A stretch of 64,000 bases of DNA from Girardia tigrina (lineage: Eukaryota): NCBI GenBank assembly GCA_001938485.1, contig MQRK01236006.1, positions 17,797-81,796 of the forward strand. The letters are read 5' to 3'. Below, piece by piece: positions 24,194 through 38,170 of this stretch (positions are counted from its first letter, which is position 1; each line of letters opens with the position of its first letter). The position numbers were made by a program, and so were the translations under genes. A model generated the notes under the pieces. It worked only from the letters and a program-made list of their open reading frames with translations. It was not told where the DNA came from and searched no databases.

Positions 24194-25149
24194 AGAAATA
24201 AAAAAACTTTTAAAATGGCGTTTGTTATTTATTTTTTTACAAATAAATTGCCATTAAATCTTAATGTTAATACTGTAAAGTTTCATTTATATGGTGAATA
24301 CGTTCTACAGAAAATCACATATTAAAATTCACATCAAGAAGACTGTACTTGCTTTTAAAAAAGTAGGGATACGTTCCGAAAGTTTATAAAATTTCATAAA
24401 ACCAAAATAAGGAGTTAAAATTGACTTTAAACCACATAAAAATGTTTGCTGAAATTAAAATAAATATGCTGCTTATATAATTACTTAGAATTTTTGAAAG
24501 GAATTGGTATAAAAGCTTAAAATAAACTTGTATTCAAATAGAAATATGAGAAATAATAAAAAAATTGATTTTAAAATAAAATATGGTATAGAAGTTTACT
24601 TAAAGTATGGCTGCTTCATAATGAAAAATAAAACTTTACGACACTCACTTTAAACATTTCAATCCAAACATCGAAATGTGCTGCTTATTGCTGAAACTTG
24701 AAATCAGCAAAATATAAACTCGCTACTTATTATAAAAATGAACAAAACACCGCTAAAATAAAATTTAATTAGCGATTTGTCAATGGTTAGTGCCATATAC
24801 AAGGGAATCCCCGAATTTCAAAAGTTCACTCTAAAAACAAATTACTGACTTGTGAATGTAAAGAGTTAAAGTAGATCTACCTGTCCTTTACATCCATGAC
24901 CGTTATAAGTCAGTGGAACAAATGAAGTGAGCTTTGAGCGTGGCATGATTTTTACAGACTGTCTGTTCGCGGGCTTCCTAAACAAGCATGTATACATGTT
25001 TTTCCATGAAATATTTGGATGTAATGCAAATTGTACAAATTCAAAATCAAATAAAAATAATCTGCATTAAATTAGACCTTGCAGTACAGATAAATATAAA
25101 TATTTATATATATTTGAAATTTTAATTAGTGAACTGACGATGCTATATA

Positions 25150-26578
25150 TACTGAGCGACAATTTTTTTAAAACACTTGCCTTTTTTTAAGAAATTGAAG
25201 AAAATAAACAATATTTTGAGTATCGAATGTAGTAAATCAAATAATTTAAAAATTAACCATTTATGTTTATGAAATGGATAAAGCATTTTGTTTAAATAAT
25301 TCATTTAAATTTAATTAATACTTATAAATTCAAAGTCGACATATATTTAAAACAGAGGGATTTTTTATATTATTAAATAATTTACCCAGTTTAATTGTTA
25401 TTATTTATAAATATACAGTTTTTTTCTTAAATTTTAGACAGAAATGAGAAGTAATTTTCAAAGACATTTGGCAAGGAAGTATAAAACGGAAGGGTTGAGT
25501 TATTCAGAGATTTCTAGAAAATCAGCAATTAATCTTTGTCGATATAATAAAAAAAGATGTCTCAAGACAAAAATTAACAAAAAATATGAAGTTATCAATT
25601 AAGAAGACAGAACATTTGCAGTGAAATTTTCAAACAATTAATTCGTCCAAATTGATTGCAGAATGGGATTTAAATTGTTCAACTTGAACAGTACAAAGAA
25701 AGCTGTAAGTTACAAATATCAAAAAATTAAAGCATAAATATACTTATATAGGAAGCAGAAGAATGATAGAATTAATCATATTTCTAGACGGATTAGTGAA
25801 AACTAGAGTTGAGAAATAACAATATTTACTGAAGAGAAAAGATTCACTTTGGATGGGTTAGACGATTGGAGAACATATCCCAAAAAATCGAAAATTTACT
25901 CTTTCAAAATAGTCAATGTAAAGGGGGTAGTGTTATGGTTTGGATGATGGTTCTGCCTAACAGACTTCTCTCATACAAAATCAGAGAAAGAAAATTCGGA
26001 TCTAAAGATTCTAAGCAATTATTAATTTGTAATGCTATTCTTATCATAAAACTTAACTGTGGTGATAATTTCTACTTCCAGGAAGACAAAAGTCCGGTTC
26101 ATAAAAGCAAGCTTATAAAGGATTTTATGAAAGAAATTTCTGTACTTAATTGGAATGCAAAAAGTCCAGATTTAAATATTTCTGAGGTCACGTAGAAGAA
26201 AATATCCAACATTGTTTACAATGGCGCTCAGTATTAAAATAAGTATGAATTATGCTCATCCATCAAAAATGCTGTACCCCTGATTAACTCATCTAGAAGA
26301 CATATTGTTATCGAATTGTATATGTCAATAAGAAGTCGACTGTGCAAGATATTATAAGTGAATGGAAATCTGTACAACAGTTTAATGTACTAGATAAATG
26401 TTACTGTTTCAAAAAAATTTCATTTTTGACTATGCATGAAATTTAATTTTTCAATAAAATTTTGAATACTAATTCCAATTGAATTAGTGAAAAATTTTTA
26501 TTTAGTCTTTATAAACCTTAAAATTTAAAATTTATATAAAGCAAAGTGTAAGTGTGTTAAAAAAATTGTCACTCAGTA
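25150..26578 (+). mobile_element. Tc1-like transposon pseudogene
   Basis: TIRs TACTGAGCGACAATTTTTT / AAAAAATTGTCACTCAGTA with TA flanks; IFTEEKRFTLDG, GGSVMVW, FQEDKSPVHKS, WNAKSPDLNISE. Confidence 0.85.
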
Positions 26579-26599
26579 TATGTATATATATAAGCCACT

Positions 26600-27540
26600 T
26601 CTTATGGCAAACGATTAAATAACACATAAAAACGGCATTTGTTTAAATAGTTATTTCTAAAAATAAGTTTCGCCACTTTTGACATCGTCAGTTGACTTAT
26701 TGAAAATTTCAAATTCAGGTGATTTATATAACGACAGACTATAACGCAACATCACTTAATTTTCATGCTTTTTTAAATTAAAAATTATATAAAAAAATAT
26801 TAAAATATTTTAATATGATTAGACGAATCACTTTGACCATTTAAGCATGGTTTAAAATGCTTAATTAACAATGCCTCAATGATTATCCTCTCATTATAAT
26901 TATGAAACATTTTACATAAAATTTTTCATTCATTACCATAGTGCACTTTATTTCGATCTTTGCAACTTAATAGATTATATGGTTAAGATTTGAGCTGTTT
27001 CAACTCGATTGAGTGTGTTAAGCGATTTCAGTTCGGCGATGACGATTCGTCTCTCAAATCTTCAATGCTTTGCACTTGTGACATTTAAATTTATATACTA
27101 GGGTTGCTTGCTCACTCAAAATAGTTTTAGATTTATTTGAAAAGAAACTTGATACTTTATTAGTGATAGAGATTTCTCTCAATTTAAAATTTTCTGACAT
27201 TCTTTTCATTAATGATTTTTTTGAAATCATTTGATCCTTCTGAAAATTTTATTTTTCTTAATTACTAGATAACCGTTATTTTGTATATTATTCGTAGAGT
27301 TTTAATATCTTTTAAATATTCTAAAAGTAAACAAAACTTTTTGACATTAAAAAAATAATTAAACGTATTATTCACAGAATATTTGCCAAACAAATTAAAT
27401 ATATTTTGTATAAGATTTACCATTTCTAATTTAATTATTAATTTTCCCATTAAAAGTGCAGAAATCAATACATAGTTTTCTGGAATGGTCTATTGTTCCC
27501 CATTAAAGCCATTTTCTTTCCAAACTAAATCTAATTTAAC
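26600..27540 (-). mobile_element. Penelope-like element 3' remnant with GIY-YIG endonuclease
   Basis: Minus strand 27140-27010 reads LVYKFKCHKCKALKI*ETNRHRRTEIA*H (VYxxxCxxC...YIGETxR...EH); 26895-26830 reads ERIIIEALLIKHFKPCLNGQ; hammerhead downstream; same family as 23456-24230. Confidence 0.85.
26659..26694 (-). ncRNA. Partly degenerate minimal hammerhead ribozyme
   Basis: Reverse complement CAA-CTGACGA-T-GTCA(AAAG)TGGC-GAAA-CTTA-TT; core and stem II intact, stems III and I eroded. Confidence 0.6.
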
Positions 27541-27892
27541 GAAATTTAAAATTAACAATAAAAAATTATATATTAAAAATTGTTAGTTGATATCGTTTTC
27601 AATATAAGAACTTGAATTCATGATCGTCAAATTTTTATTTTTTGACAAATTTTGAATTAGAAATATTTTAATATTTTATCATTTCAAATAGTCTTTTTTG
27701 GGATTTTTAAATTTAGTTTATTTTTTCAATTTTTGAAATTATAAATGGATGTGTACCTTGTTATATTTTTTATTTTTATTGGCACCAAGTATGAATAAAA
27801 TAAATTTGAAGTTTATTTAAAAAAATAGATTATCATTATGTATTTATATTTATGTAATTATAATTGCTCAGTAAAAAATAATCAATAACATA

Positions 27893-28456
27893 CATCGTTT
27901 TTCATCACATTTTGAAATCATTTCATTCAATTTTGAAATTAATAAAAAATATAAAAAAATAAATCAAAGCTTTTCTTCAAATTTAAAATGAAGATAGATG
28001 AAGAATCTTCGAGTCATATTTAAGTGGAAGCACGACTGCGCAGATTTCTCAAATTCTTGGTTTTCAAGTGACATATGTCTATGCTGTGATAAAGAAGTAT
28101 AATGATAACCAAGCATTTGAAAGGTAGCTCAAAGTTGGCGCTCGAAACCAATGCCTAAGCGATGAGGATCGAAATGCAATCCAAACTTGGATTGATATAG
28201 ACTGCACGATTTCTCTTGAAAGACTAAAGATAAAACTTCAGGAAGATTGGAATATTTCGGCAAGTGTGAGTACAATTTGCAGATGTATAAGTTTATTTCA
28301 CTATACACTAAAAAGAATGCACCCACTACCTACTCGACGAAATGATGTTTTTGTAAAATTTAGATCGAATCATCAAAATAATTTTTACGTTTTTTATATT
28401 TTTTTATTCATTTCAAAATTGAATGAAATGATTTCAAAATGTGATGAAAAACGAAG
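27893..28456 (+). mobile_element. Short Tc1/IS630-type non-autonomous element with ~65-bp TIRs
   Basis: TA|CATCGTTTTTCATCACATTTTGAAATCATTTCATTCAATTTTGAAAT... and its inverse at 28390-28456|TA; internal remnant FHYTLKRMHPLPTRRND. Confidence 0.75.
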
Positions 28457-28664
28457 TAATTAACAATTTTAATATAATTACAATCAATCAAGAAAATAGA
28501 AGAAAGCTTACAGTTCAACGAATTTCGATTTATTTCCTTCCAACGGCATATGTGGTTTTTATCCTTACAATTCAAACTATTCAAAATTTAATGCTCTCAA
28601 TTAAAACTTCATCTCCTTGCGACATACGTCGATGTCAATTAACCGAGATGTATGTCGTATCTTC

Positions 28665-28667
<3 letters not shown>

Positions 28668-28708
<41 letters not shown>
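28668..28708. repeat. (TA)n microsatellite
   Basis: Direct reading. Confidence 0.95.
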
Positions 28709-28711
<3 letters not shown>

Positions 28712-29228
28712 AATGGGCTCAATCTAACAGATAAAAAGTTAAGATTCATATTACCGATTCTTCAATTTTCAGATACAAGCTGTGGTACATAAATATTTTA
28801 ATCTAGTTTCTGACTAAGTAAATCATTATAATTAGACTCTTTCAAGCTTTTTTTGTTGCGTGATAAAAATCTTCATCTCTACACTTTATGTTCGACTTTG
28901 TTAATAAATATAGTTTTTTGTTGTTCACTATAACTAGTTTATGTTATTTTATACTCATCGTAAAAATAAAGCACTTTCAGAGTATAATCGGGTTTCTGTT
29001 GAGATTGCTTTGTTTTTTTTAATAATGATTGTGAGGATTTTTTAGCAAACTCAAAAGTTTAAAATATTTTACTGTAAAATATTTTAAACATAATGTATAA
29101 AAATTTTATAATAATTTATACGTTTCAGGAAGTTATCAATATTTAAAATTCAGGTAATTATGATTTTTATAAATAATCGTTTTCAAAACTAATTATAATT
29201 AAAGCTATTTTACAATTGAATATAAAAA

Positions 29229-29369
29229 TGTAATTTCACCAGAAATAGAACACCACTAAACAACAAAAAAGTTTATTTAAGTACAACACAAAAAATCAAA
29301 TTCTGTTTTTACGTTTTTTATCACGTATTTAAACTAATTTTATTTCGAATATTTAACAGCATTATTATA
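29229..29369 (-). repeat. Putative 3' LTR (141 bp) of the Gypsy element
   Basis: On the minus strand it follows the purine run GGCGGGGA (PPT-like), begins TATAAT (eroded TGTAAT), ends ATTACA and contains AATAAA. Confidence 0.6.
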
Positions 29370-32300
29370 TCCCCGCCAAAAAGCAGGTATCCATTTCGAA
29401 ATCTCTGTGCCACGGTGGTTCTCTTCTCTCTCGATTGCTTCTGTGTTGCTCGTCACGATTTGTTTGGTCCATGATCTCTTCAACACTCGACTCCTCATTA
29501 ACTGCTTCGCTCTCGTCTTCAGGGCTTTCTAAATCATTAATCAACTTGTTTTCAGGATTATTCTGATCGTCAGATCGTTTTCTGATATCCTGAATATGTC
29601 TCGGAACTCCTTCTACTTCGTATTTGTTGTGATTAATTTTTGCTGTGATTATACTCCGACCCCATTGACTTGTACATCGAATATATTGACTCGGCTTGAC
29701 ATACACTTTCTCTCCTACTTCAAACATTCTACAGTCGTCACTCATCGGTTCCACGTTTATTTTTTCAACCATTATCCTCCAAATATAGTTAAATAATATA
29801 TCACTTGGCGATTTAATTCCATCTTTTCTTCTTTTAGGACCAATACACAGCTTCAGCTATAGCAATATTCTATCTCTTCGCTATTCTTTTTATCGTACGC
29901 TAACAGCGCTCCACAATACCGTTCGTACTGGGTATATGCGCACATCGATAGTCTATCTTAACACTCCATTTAATACACAAGGTTTGAATTTTTCACCTGT
30001 AAAAGCTCCTCCATTGTCGACATGGATTTCTGTGGGAGCTCCATGCTCTATAAATAATTCATCGAGAATTTTTATTACGTCGTCGGCTCCTTCAGTTTTT
30101 ACTTCTCTCCAAATAGAAAATCGACTGATAAATAAAAAATCAATTACTGATAAATATACTCTATTCTTGTAATGAGTATGATCTATAGCCAATCTTTCCC
30201 AACAATTTTCTACCGATAATGATCCCTTTGGTGTTTTTATAGGGGCGGGATCAATACTACTAACCCGTTGACAGTTTCGAACGACACTCTCCATAATCTT
30301 TTCGACACTTCAACACCTTCTTTTTCTGCTATCAGAGAGCTTTTCTCGATCCCAAAATGATGTCGCTCATGACTCTTTTTTGTCTCATTTTATTTTCTCT
30401 CCTGATGAACAATACAAAATTTCCTTTCTGTCCATTTTCTTGGTACTCTGGTTAAGACATCTGCCTTGTTTAGTTCAGAGCGAACTCAATCACACTCCCA
30501 ATCTACTTCGGACTCGTTTAAAATACTGTCTATCATAACCAAACGTCTCCTGCTCAATATCTCATCCATTCCAGTTACTTTTATTCATCTTTTTCTTGTT
30601 TTCAACGCTGCGAGCCAACCATGGACTACAAAGAATTTGTAATTATTAATACTTTCTTCACATTCCACATCAAAGCAAAGTTAATTCCTTTCATAATCGC
30701 TTAAGGCTCATCAATGCTTATATGTGCATAATCATTTTCTTGTCTTAACCAGCTTCCATATTCGATTACATGGTCTCCGATATGCAATATACAACCAATG
30801 GCAATAGAACTTGCATAGCACTATATCGTACATTTTCGGCTCATATCCACATTCCAACGACCTAGTACTGGATCTGAATTACTAGTACGATCCATTACCT
30901 CACGAATAAAATTAATAGACTCTTCATTCACCGGTTTATTCCATTGTAATCCATTACACTACCGTTTTATGTAGCTACATGCTACACGCAACCAATTTCC
31001 AATCTGGTAATGATCAATTAATTTTCCACAAATCGAATATACGCCTCTTTTAGTGATCTTATCTGGAACGTTCACAGGCAAGGGAGTACTCCTCGACCAG
31101 TTTAATACTCCATCACATTGCGACAATTGAAGACCTAGAACTCTCGCTCCGTTTAGTTCCTCTGGATCTTTACATTTTAAACCGTACTTCGATAAATGAT
31201 TCCGTACTTCTTCTACGCTCACTATGTCTTCATTTACAATGATATCGTCTACATAATGACGAATTCCACGGCGAACTTTTTTATCAATGGACATAACCTT
31301 TCCTAAAATCATGGATATTATTTTCGGAGCGGATACTAAAGCAAATCCTAATCTTGTAAGCTCGTAAAATTCACTATTAATTCGCACTTTCTGATACTTC
31401 CGGAAAGTTGAATCTACTACGATTTGTAAATAGGCATTTTTCAAGTCGATAATTTTGCAATTCTTTGGCATACTTCTCAACTCGCGAAGTTCGTCATCCA
31501 CTGATACTGCTTCTAATGTATGAGAACTAATAAACTGATTCAACTCTCGATAATACATGACAGGCCTTACTTTACCCTTTTTTCTTGTTTGACGGAAAGC
31601 AATGGTATAATTCTTTCTCCATCACTATTTGAACTTTTCTTTAACCAACCCTCACTAATCCAACCCTGTTGTACCTCATGAAAATTTATTCTGGTGTCTT
31701 TATCCATATGATAATTCGCTCTTTTATTTGACAACTGAGGCGTTATATCTGTCCATTTCCACTTCACTTCCCACTTCCTTGCAGTTAATTTTGCATTAAA
31801 ATCAATATCATTTATTTCGAGATTTGTCTATTTTGCACCGCTTTGATACAACATTTTATTCGAATATGAATCAATATTATTTCTTTCACTATTCGACTGT
31901 GTTGCACCGCTATGACACACCTCTTTACTATCAATTTTAATACCTCCTCCTTGCATTATTCCATCCATGCTAATAATAACATCTACATCTTTTACTAACT
32001 CACTCATAACTAAACCCTTTAATCTCAATATCACATTAGACTCTGACTCAATCTCTGTCTCACATTCTCCAAGCACAGCTACTTCATTTCCATCAACTGC
32101 TTTAACACACACATTAGACATAAGCATCTTCTCTCTACCTAACTCATATCTTACAATACTCACATCACTCCAACTATCAATAAGAGCATTAACTCACTTA
32201 CCGTTCTACTTCACCACCATCCACATAGGCACATTTCTCTGCGTACAAGAATAGGTGGTGTCAACTATTCTTGGTTTAAGTTTAAATGATTCTTCTTCTT

Positions 32301-32670
32301 ACATTCGTTCGCTTTATGACCCCCTCCTTCACAACCACAACATTTAAACGTATTACTTGATATACACTTCTTGGCTATATGCCCGGGCTTCCCACACGAA
32401 AAGCACTTCAGCATAAAGGTTTTTTGGCGCCTCCAATCCGCCTGATAGAGTTCATCATTCGGCTTTTGCGACATTTTATAAGAATCCCCCCGCCACGAGT
32501 GAATTCCATCGCCCCATGGTAAAGCTCTATAACTAGCACATATAGAAACTTTGCTTTTCATTCCGTTAATTATGATCCTGGCCTTTTCCACTAACTTATT
32601 TTGTGATATTTCGTCTAATTCTATTAATTTTTTCAATTTGAGTCGCACATCATCAGGTAAACCGCTTAAA
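29229..32670 (-). mobile_element. Ty3/Gypsy LTR retrotransposon, decayed and 5'-truncated (gag-PR-RT-RH-IN)
   Basis: Two CCHC knuckles (CFSCGKPGHIAKKC, CCGCEGGGHKANEC); protease ALIDS; RT IDLKNAYLQI, TRLGFALVSAPKI, YVDDII; integrase WERLAIDHTHY, VDNGGAF, FEVGEKVYVK; Gypsy domain order. Confidence 0.93.
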
Positions 32671-32679
32671 AAAACATTT

Positions 32680-32779
32680 AAATATTTGTTCATTAATTGG
32701 AAACTGCGATAATCAAAAATGCACAACCAAAAATAAGGGGGATCGTATACACGGGGATCTTATACACGGAAAAATACGG
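32680..32779. mobile_element. Terminal fragment of a pogo-like DNA transposon at the Gypsy 5' breakpoint
   Basis: ...TATACACGGGGATCTTATACACGGAAAAATACGG|TA, a TA|CCGTATTTTTCCG-type TIR with a subterminal repeat. Confidence 0.5.
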
Positions 32780-33984
32780 TAATTCGTAAAAATAACAATT
32801 TTAATAAATAACATATGAGTATTTGTAATTCAATGTTTTGAGTTACAATCAATGTGGTCGAAAAGAAAACGAAAGAAAAGTTCCTCAACAAAAATTATTT
32901 AAATAATTGTTAGGTGTAATAGAAATAAAGCTTTGCGCTCTTTTGAATTCAATTATTGATCATGAACCTAACTATTCGAGCAAAACCTCAAAAGCATCTA
33001 GGTACTCATTAACACCCCTATCCACTGATACTACCCAATCAAACCAAACATACCGCCAAAACTCTCCCTTTCTCTCAAATTCTCTACCAAATAAACCAAA
33101 TCACCCTATAGAACCCAGTAATTTCTCTCTTCACATAGAGTCATCTAAATTATTCAACTTTTATTCAACCAGTTGACCAAGGATAAAGGAAATATTACCT
33201 TTAGCCTTTCTCTATCCCACTTTTTGTTATTTGCTACACCCTGAAATCTTATCATCAAAAAACCTGCAACTTAAAAATTACTTTTCCCGAAATGCCCTAA
33301 CTTAAGTCCTCTGTGCCTCAAAATAATATTGACAATATCGATACTCCTACTCATATACTCTAAATTTGACAATAGTAATTTTAACAAGTCAATCATTGAG
33401 GAGCGAATTAACAATCTAATGGAGCAACTAATCTGTAAGATTGACCGAAATAGTTCTAGGAAAATCGATAACACTGTCTAAATGCAGCACCACAGTAATT
33501 AGAGAACATGAAGATATTTTATAAACTATTTTAGACTTATTTTTCCAAGCTGATTTCATTCCATACCCAACTCTTTATAAAATTAAAAAAACATACCTTC
33601 ATTTAAAAAAAACAAGTTATAGGTTATACTAAGAACATTTAGACAAGTCTCATTTGAATGTTTATTACAATCACATTTAGAGTCATTATGACTCTCAGAA
33701 GGTCTTTCATCGTTTGTCATCGTTCTAATTGGTTTTCTTATTTCTGTTTTTAATCATGATTAACCTCTAAAAATATTAATTAAAAATATTAATTTTTACC
33801 ATTTTTTAATAAATCCCAAAATAATAAAAATGACATCAAATTATTAAAAATGCATTTAATTTAAATTTTACTAAAAGTTATTAAACTTAATTTTAATTCT
33901 GAAATTAAAGATATGAACTTATAAAATGATTATTTTATTTATGTTCGAATAGTCAATCCTTTAAACTTAATAAAAAAATACCAA

Positions 33985-34087
33985 TTTCCATCTGGTGGGA
34001 GAATCACCATTCTAAATTCAACATACTTAAATCAACATACCGCATCCATACATTTACACATTCAAACAATTTAAAATATTCCTCACA
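33985..34087. repeat. TGTGAGGAAT-type LTR-like terminus fragment
   Basis: Ends AATATTCCTCACA; homologous to 8652-8740. Confidence 0.55.
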
Positions 34088-35564
34088 GGTTATGTTACTC
34101 AACGTCATAAACATCTCGATACATCTTCCTGACTACTTAATACTATAAAATGAGTCCCCTATGGGCAACCTTATTGACCTTGTAAACTCTCTAACGTGTT
34201 AAGCTCCCCAGTAGTTCGTAGAGATATTGAAAATTTTATCCAGCATTTTTACACCAATGATAAGATCCTCTTTGTCATCACTGATAAATAATCAATGATA
34301 ACTATACTAGATTTTCATTTGCCCGATATTTTTATTACCCAGACCGTTTTAGCTCATGTCTCCATAATTCTCCTCCCTTAGTATAGAAGATCATCATTGG
34401 ATTCTGATGCTGATTGACTTTAATCATGAGCAGTCCTTTTAGATGGACCATCTTGATATTAACTCCTTTTTATTAGAAAAAATGTTTCAGTGGAATACTC
34501 AATGTTCCATATGGTAGACTTATTTCTCCCGACCAATCCTTTTGATTGTGGGCGACTCGTTTGCTTTTACGTGCTGCTTTTCTGTGTCCATTAGTTTGTG
34601 CTCCGTATTTCTGTTTTTCAAATTCTTAAAATTCTTTTCTCTATCTCTCCAAACAAACACTTTGACTCAATACAAAACCGATATTGTGAAATGAACCACC
34701 CAACCAAAATTTAAATCGATTAAATTGTAAGATAAAATAATTATTTAAGAATTATTTTTTAAAACTATTACAATTACTTATTGTTTCTGAAATAATAATT
34801 AGCGACCATAGTTTAAAATTAATGGAAACATATTGTTTTATTAATGAAATAAATTTAAATAGAAGATACAATTAATTAAACTGTAATTATTATTATATTA
34901 ATTAATTAATTAATGTAATTAAACTCAAAATAGTTATATTATTGGATTTGTTTCCTTTAATCATCCCTACATAGATGTCTACCGTATCCACGACTAATGC
35001 AAACTATTTTGCTTTCCCCGATATCTTACTAGAGCTGTACTTGCTAAGAACAAGGACTGTCCTTGAGACTTGTGCCTCCAGGATATAGCATCCTGCATCC
35101 GACTATAACCTTTATAACACATTATCATTTATCTGACAGTTGGCTGACCATCTGTTAATCTTGTTCAGAAATTCTTCTAATTAAATCTCTAAAGCCCATG
35201 GCACCGAATTTTGTCAATTTCTCACCAATAATAAAATTAATTAAATTGCAAATCTTGGACGGGCACTTCCTATTCTACAAAATGATTTAATCAAATTGAT
35301 CGTTTGATTTGAAAAAAAACTTATTCGGAATAATTATCAGATTGAAATATCTGGTGAAAAAATCGGTTTTCCTCTTTTATAAGAGTGTATCGTTTGGTTT
35401 TAATTGCTGAGAGATATTCGATTTCCCAATGCTCAACAACGGCTTCAAAAGAAAACTGAAAGAAATTTAAATTATTTTTTAACGCATTTATTTGCAGTTT
35501 AGAGGAATTAGAGAAAAAAACTTTAACTGTTGTGAAATTCCTAAAGCTTTAATATATTGTAATA

Positions 35565-36010
35565 TAGTCTATTAAGAACACCAATTTGATTTTTTATATT
35601 TTTATTTAAACAACAATTTTGATTGGGCTCAAGACAATCTTTGTCAAAACTTTCGTACATTTGCATTCAAAGCGAAATTGATTAATGGTTTTAATTCTCA
35701 TTACTTTTTTAGAAAATGGGGAAATAAATATTTAAATAAAATATTCACTGAAAACTTATTGGATAATAATTAAAATGATAATTAATTATTTAAAAAAATA
35801 TTAATTTGATTTATTTATTAAATATTATAAAACTTAATTAACTTATTTAAAATTTTAAAATTATATGAAATTAAAAATAAATTTAAACATTGCATATTTT
35901 TAGATAATAAGAATTAAAAAATTAATCATCGATCTGGGTAGAGAGATACAATTCCAAATCAACATACACATTCAAACACAAAACATCAAACATTCAAAAT
36001 ATTCCTCACA
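35565..36010. repeat. TGTGAGGAAT-type LTR-like repeat
   Basis: Colinear with the reverse complement of 59146-59585 over ~440 bp; ends AATATTCCTCACA. Confidence 0.65.
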
Positions 36011-37051
36011 TAGTCATTATTAAAAACATAAGTAATGGTTGATAGAGTAAAAATGCCAAAAGAACTACGTAGAGAGATGAGATGCCATTTGAATAAACAT
36101 GCACATTTTCATTTTAAAATTTTAGTATGTAACAGGGGATCATTGACCATACCAACAATTTTTTAATCTTAAGTCCGTTAAAGAAGGCGTTATTAAAAGA
36201 GTATTCTTACAAATTACCTTGATCATTAACTCTTGTTAAACTATTTTGGATTGCAACACTTAAAAAATTTTCATTGTCTTAAAAGCACAAAAAATAAAAT
36301 CCTTTTCAATCGTAACGAAAATCTTTCAAGAGATTAAATAAATATAGGATTTCTTCTGTGTTATGGAATCTGTGTTATAAAACTCTATTTTCTTTGTTGT
36401 CATTTGGCATTGATCATCTCCTCATATTGTGTCTGTAATTAGAGCTGTGAAGGACAGGTTCACTCTTAAAATTTTTGAAATAATTAATTTTTAGAATTAT
36501 TTAAAATATTTAAAATCAAAAGTTTTTCTAAACAATTATAATTAAAAAAATATCTTTAATTAATTTTAAAAGTGATTTTCGGAAATAGTTACATTTTAAT
36601 TCTAAAAATAAAACTTGAAATGAAATTAATTGTGAAATAATTGATTTTTAAAATAATTGACTTAAAAGAAATTTATAGAACCAAGATAATTATGTTTTAT
36701 ATTAATTTTAAAAGTTATTCTGAAAAATAAATTAATGAAATATTTTTTTCTAGAGATGTAATTTTAAAAACAGATAATTTTAAATTTTAGTCAATTTGAA
36801 ATTCTGCCAATTAAAAAGTCGATAAATAATTAATTAAAAAAATATATATAAACAGCTATTAAAAATTTTATAATTATTGAATCGTAAAAAAATAATAAAA
36901 AAATTTAAATATTGTGAATTATTTTTTGTATTTAAATTGTATAAATACTAAAGGACTTTTAATTAAAAAATGGAGCTAAAAATTAAAATAAGTTTAAAAT
37001 GATATCTTTTGTAAAGTTCATTAGACATGTAAGAAATAAAACGAATAACTA

Positions 37052-38170
37052 TTGGGTTGGCCAAAAAGTCATTGCGTTTTTTCCTAAAATATTTATTATC
37101 AAAAAATGACATGAATGCACAAATATCTTTTCACAATATACTGTCCATTATTTTCAATCACTTTCTTCCACCTTTCCGGTAGCTTCATTATTCCTGATTC
37201 ATAAAAACCTTTGCCTTTGTTAGCAAAAAAAGCCATCTAGGAACGATTTGATGTCATCATCAATAGCGAATGTTTTTCTGTTTAAGGAATTCTGCAGTGA
37301 TCTAAATAAGTGAAAATCCGATGGGGCCAAGTCTGGAGAATACCGTGGGTGCGGCAAAACCTCCGAACCCAGTGATAAGAGTTTCTGGCGAGTGGTTAAA
37401 CTTGTATGCGGTCTTACTTTATCATACAACTCCTTTTCTATTTGCCAATTCAGGACGTTTCTGTTTAATTGAATGAGCCAATTTCTCCAGCTGACCACAA
37501 TATCTGTCTGAATTGATGGTTTCATTCCTCGGAAGGAGTTCAAAAAGCACAATTCCTTTAAAATCCCACCAGACGGAAAGCATAACCTTCTTTTGGTGAA
37601 TTTCTGCTTTTGGGATCGTTTTGGCAAATTCACCACATTTTGTCCATGATCGTCGGCGTTCCACATTGTTGTAAACAATCCATTTTTCGTCACCCGTAAT
37701 CAAGCGCTTCAAAAATGGATCACTTTGTTCTCACTTCAAAAGGGAATCGTAAATGTCTATACGTTTCACCAAATGAATTTCTTTCAGTTCATGTGGTAAA
37801 CACATATCGAGTTAACTGACGAATCCAAGTTTCTTTAAATGATTTAGAAAACCAGTTTTGACACTGTCGAAGTTTTAAGGAGTCACTATCATATACAAAA
37901 CATATCATCTTGTGAGCTTGCACAGCGGTTTTTCCTTTGCGAAAATAATGCAACAAAACATGACGAATATGCTCATTTTGATTTTCCATTTCGAATTGAT
38001 GGTAAAGTAAAAAATTAAAAACAAAATCAATTAATATTTTGTATAAACATAGTCTGAAAATTAAGGTTTCAGAATATATAATTGAATTTAAATTTTATCA
38101 CATCGTTTTATATTTTCAAGCTTTTTATTAGGACATACTCAAAAGCGTAATGACGTTTTGGTCAACCCAA
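37052..38170 (-). mobile_element. Mariner transposon with internal deletion and frameshifts
   Basis: TIRs TTGGGTTGGCCAAAAAGTCATTGCG / CGTAATGACGTTTTGGTCAACCCAA with TA TSDs; MENQNEHIRHVLLHYF, ITGDEKWIVY, HPRYSPDLAPSDFHLF. Confidence 0.93.

Larger units (their letters stand above)
23456..24230 (+). mobile_element. 5'-truncated Penelope-like element with inverted terminal duplication, interrupted by family A LTR-like insert
   Basis: Arms 23456-23573 and 23701-23725+24129-24230 are inverted copies; the spacer encodes IKHLKPCLNVQSELSNHIF* (GIY-YIG C-terminal IKxxKPxLN motif); each arm has a hammerhead. Confidence 0.8.

Noticed and set aside
32860-33700. C-rich region possibly encoding a PLE or LINE N-terminus; its start repeats at 38425-38535
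   Set aside because: No diagnostic motif could be read with confidence
34090-35160. Possible very old LINE RT remnant on the minus strand
   Set aside because: Only faint similarity, too many stops to support a call
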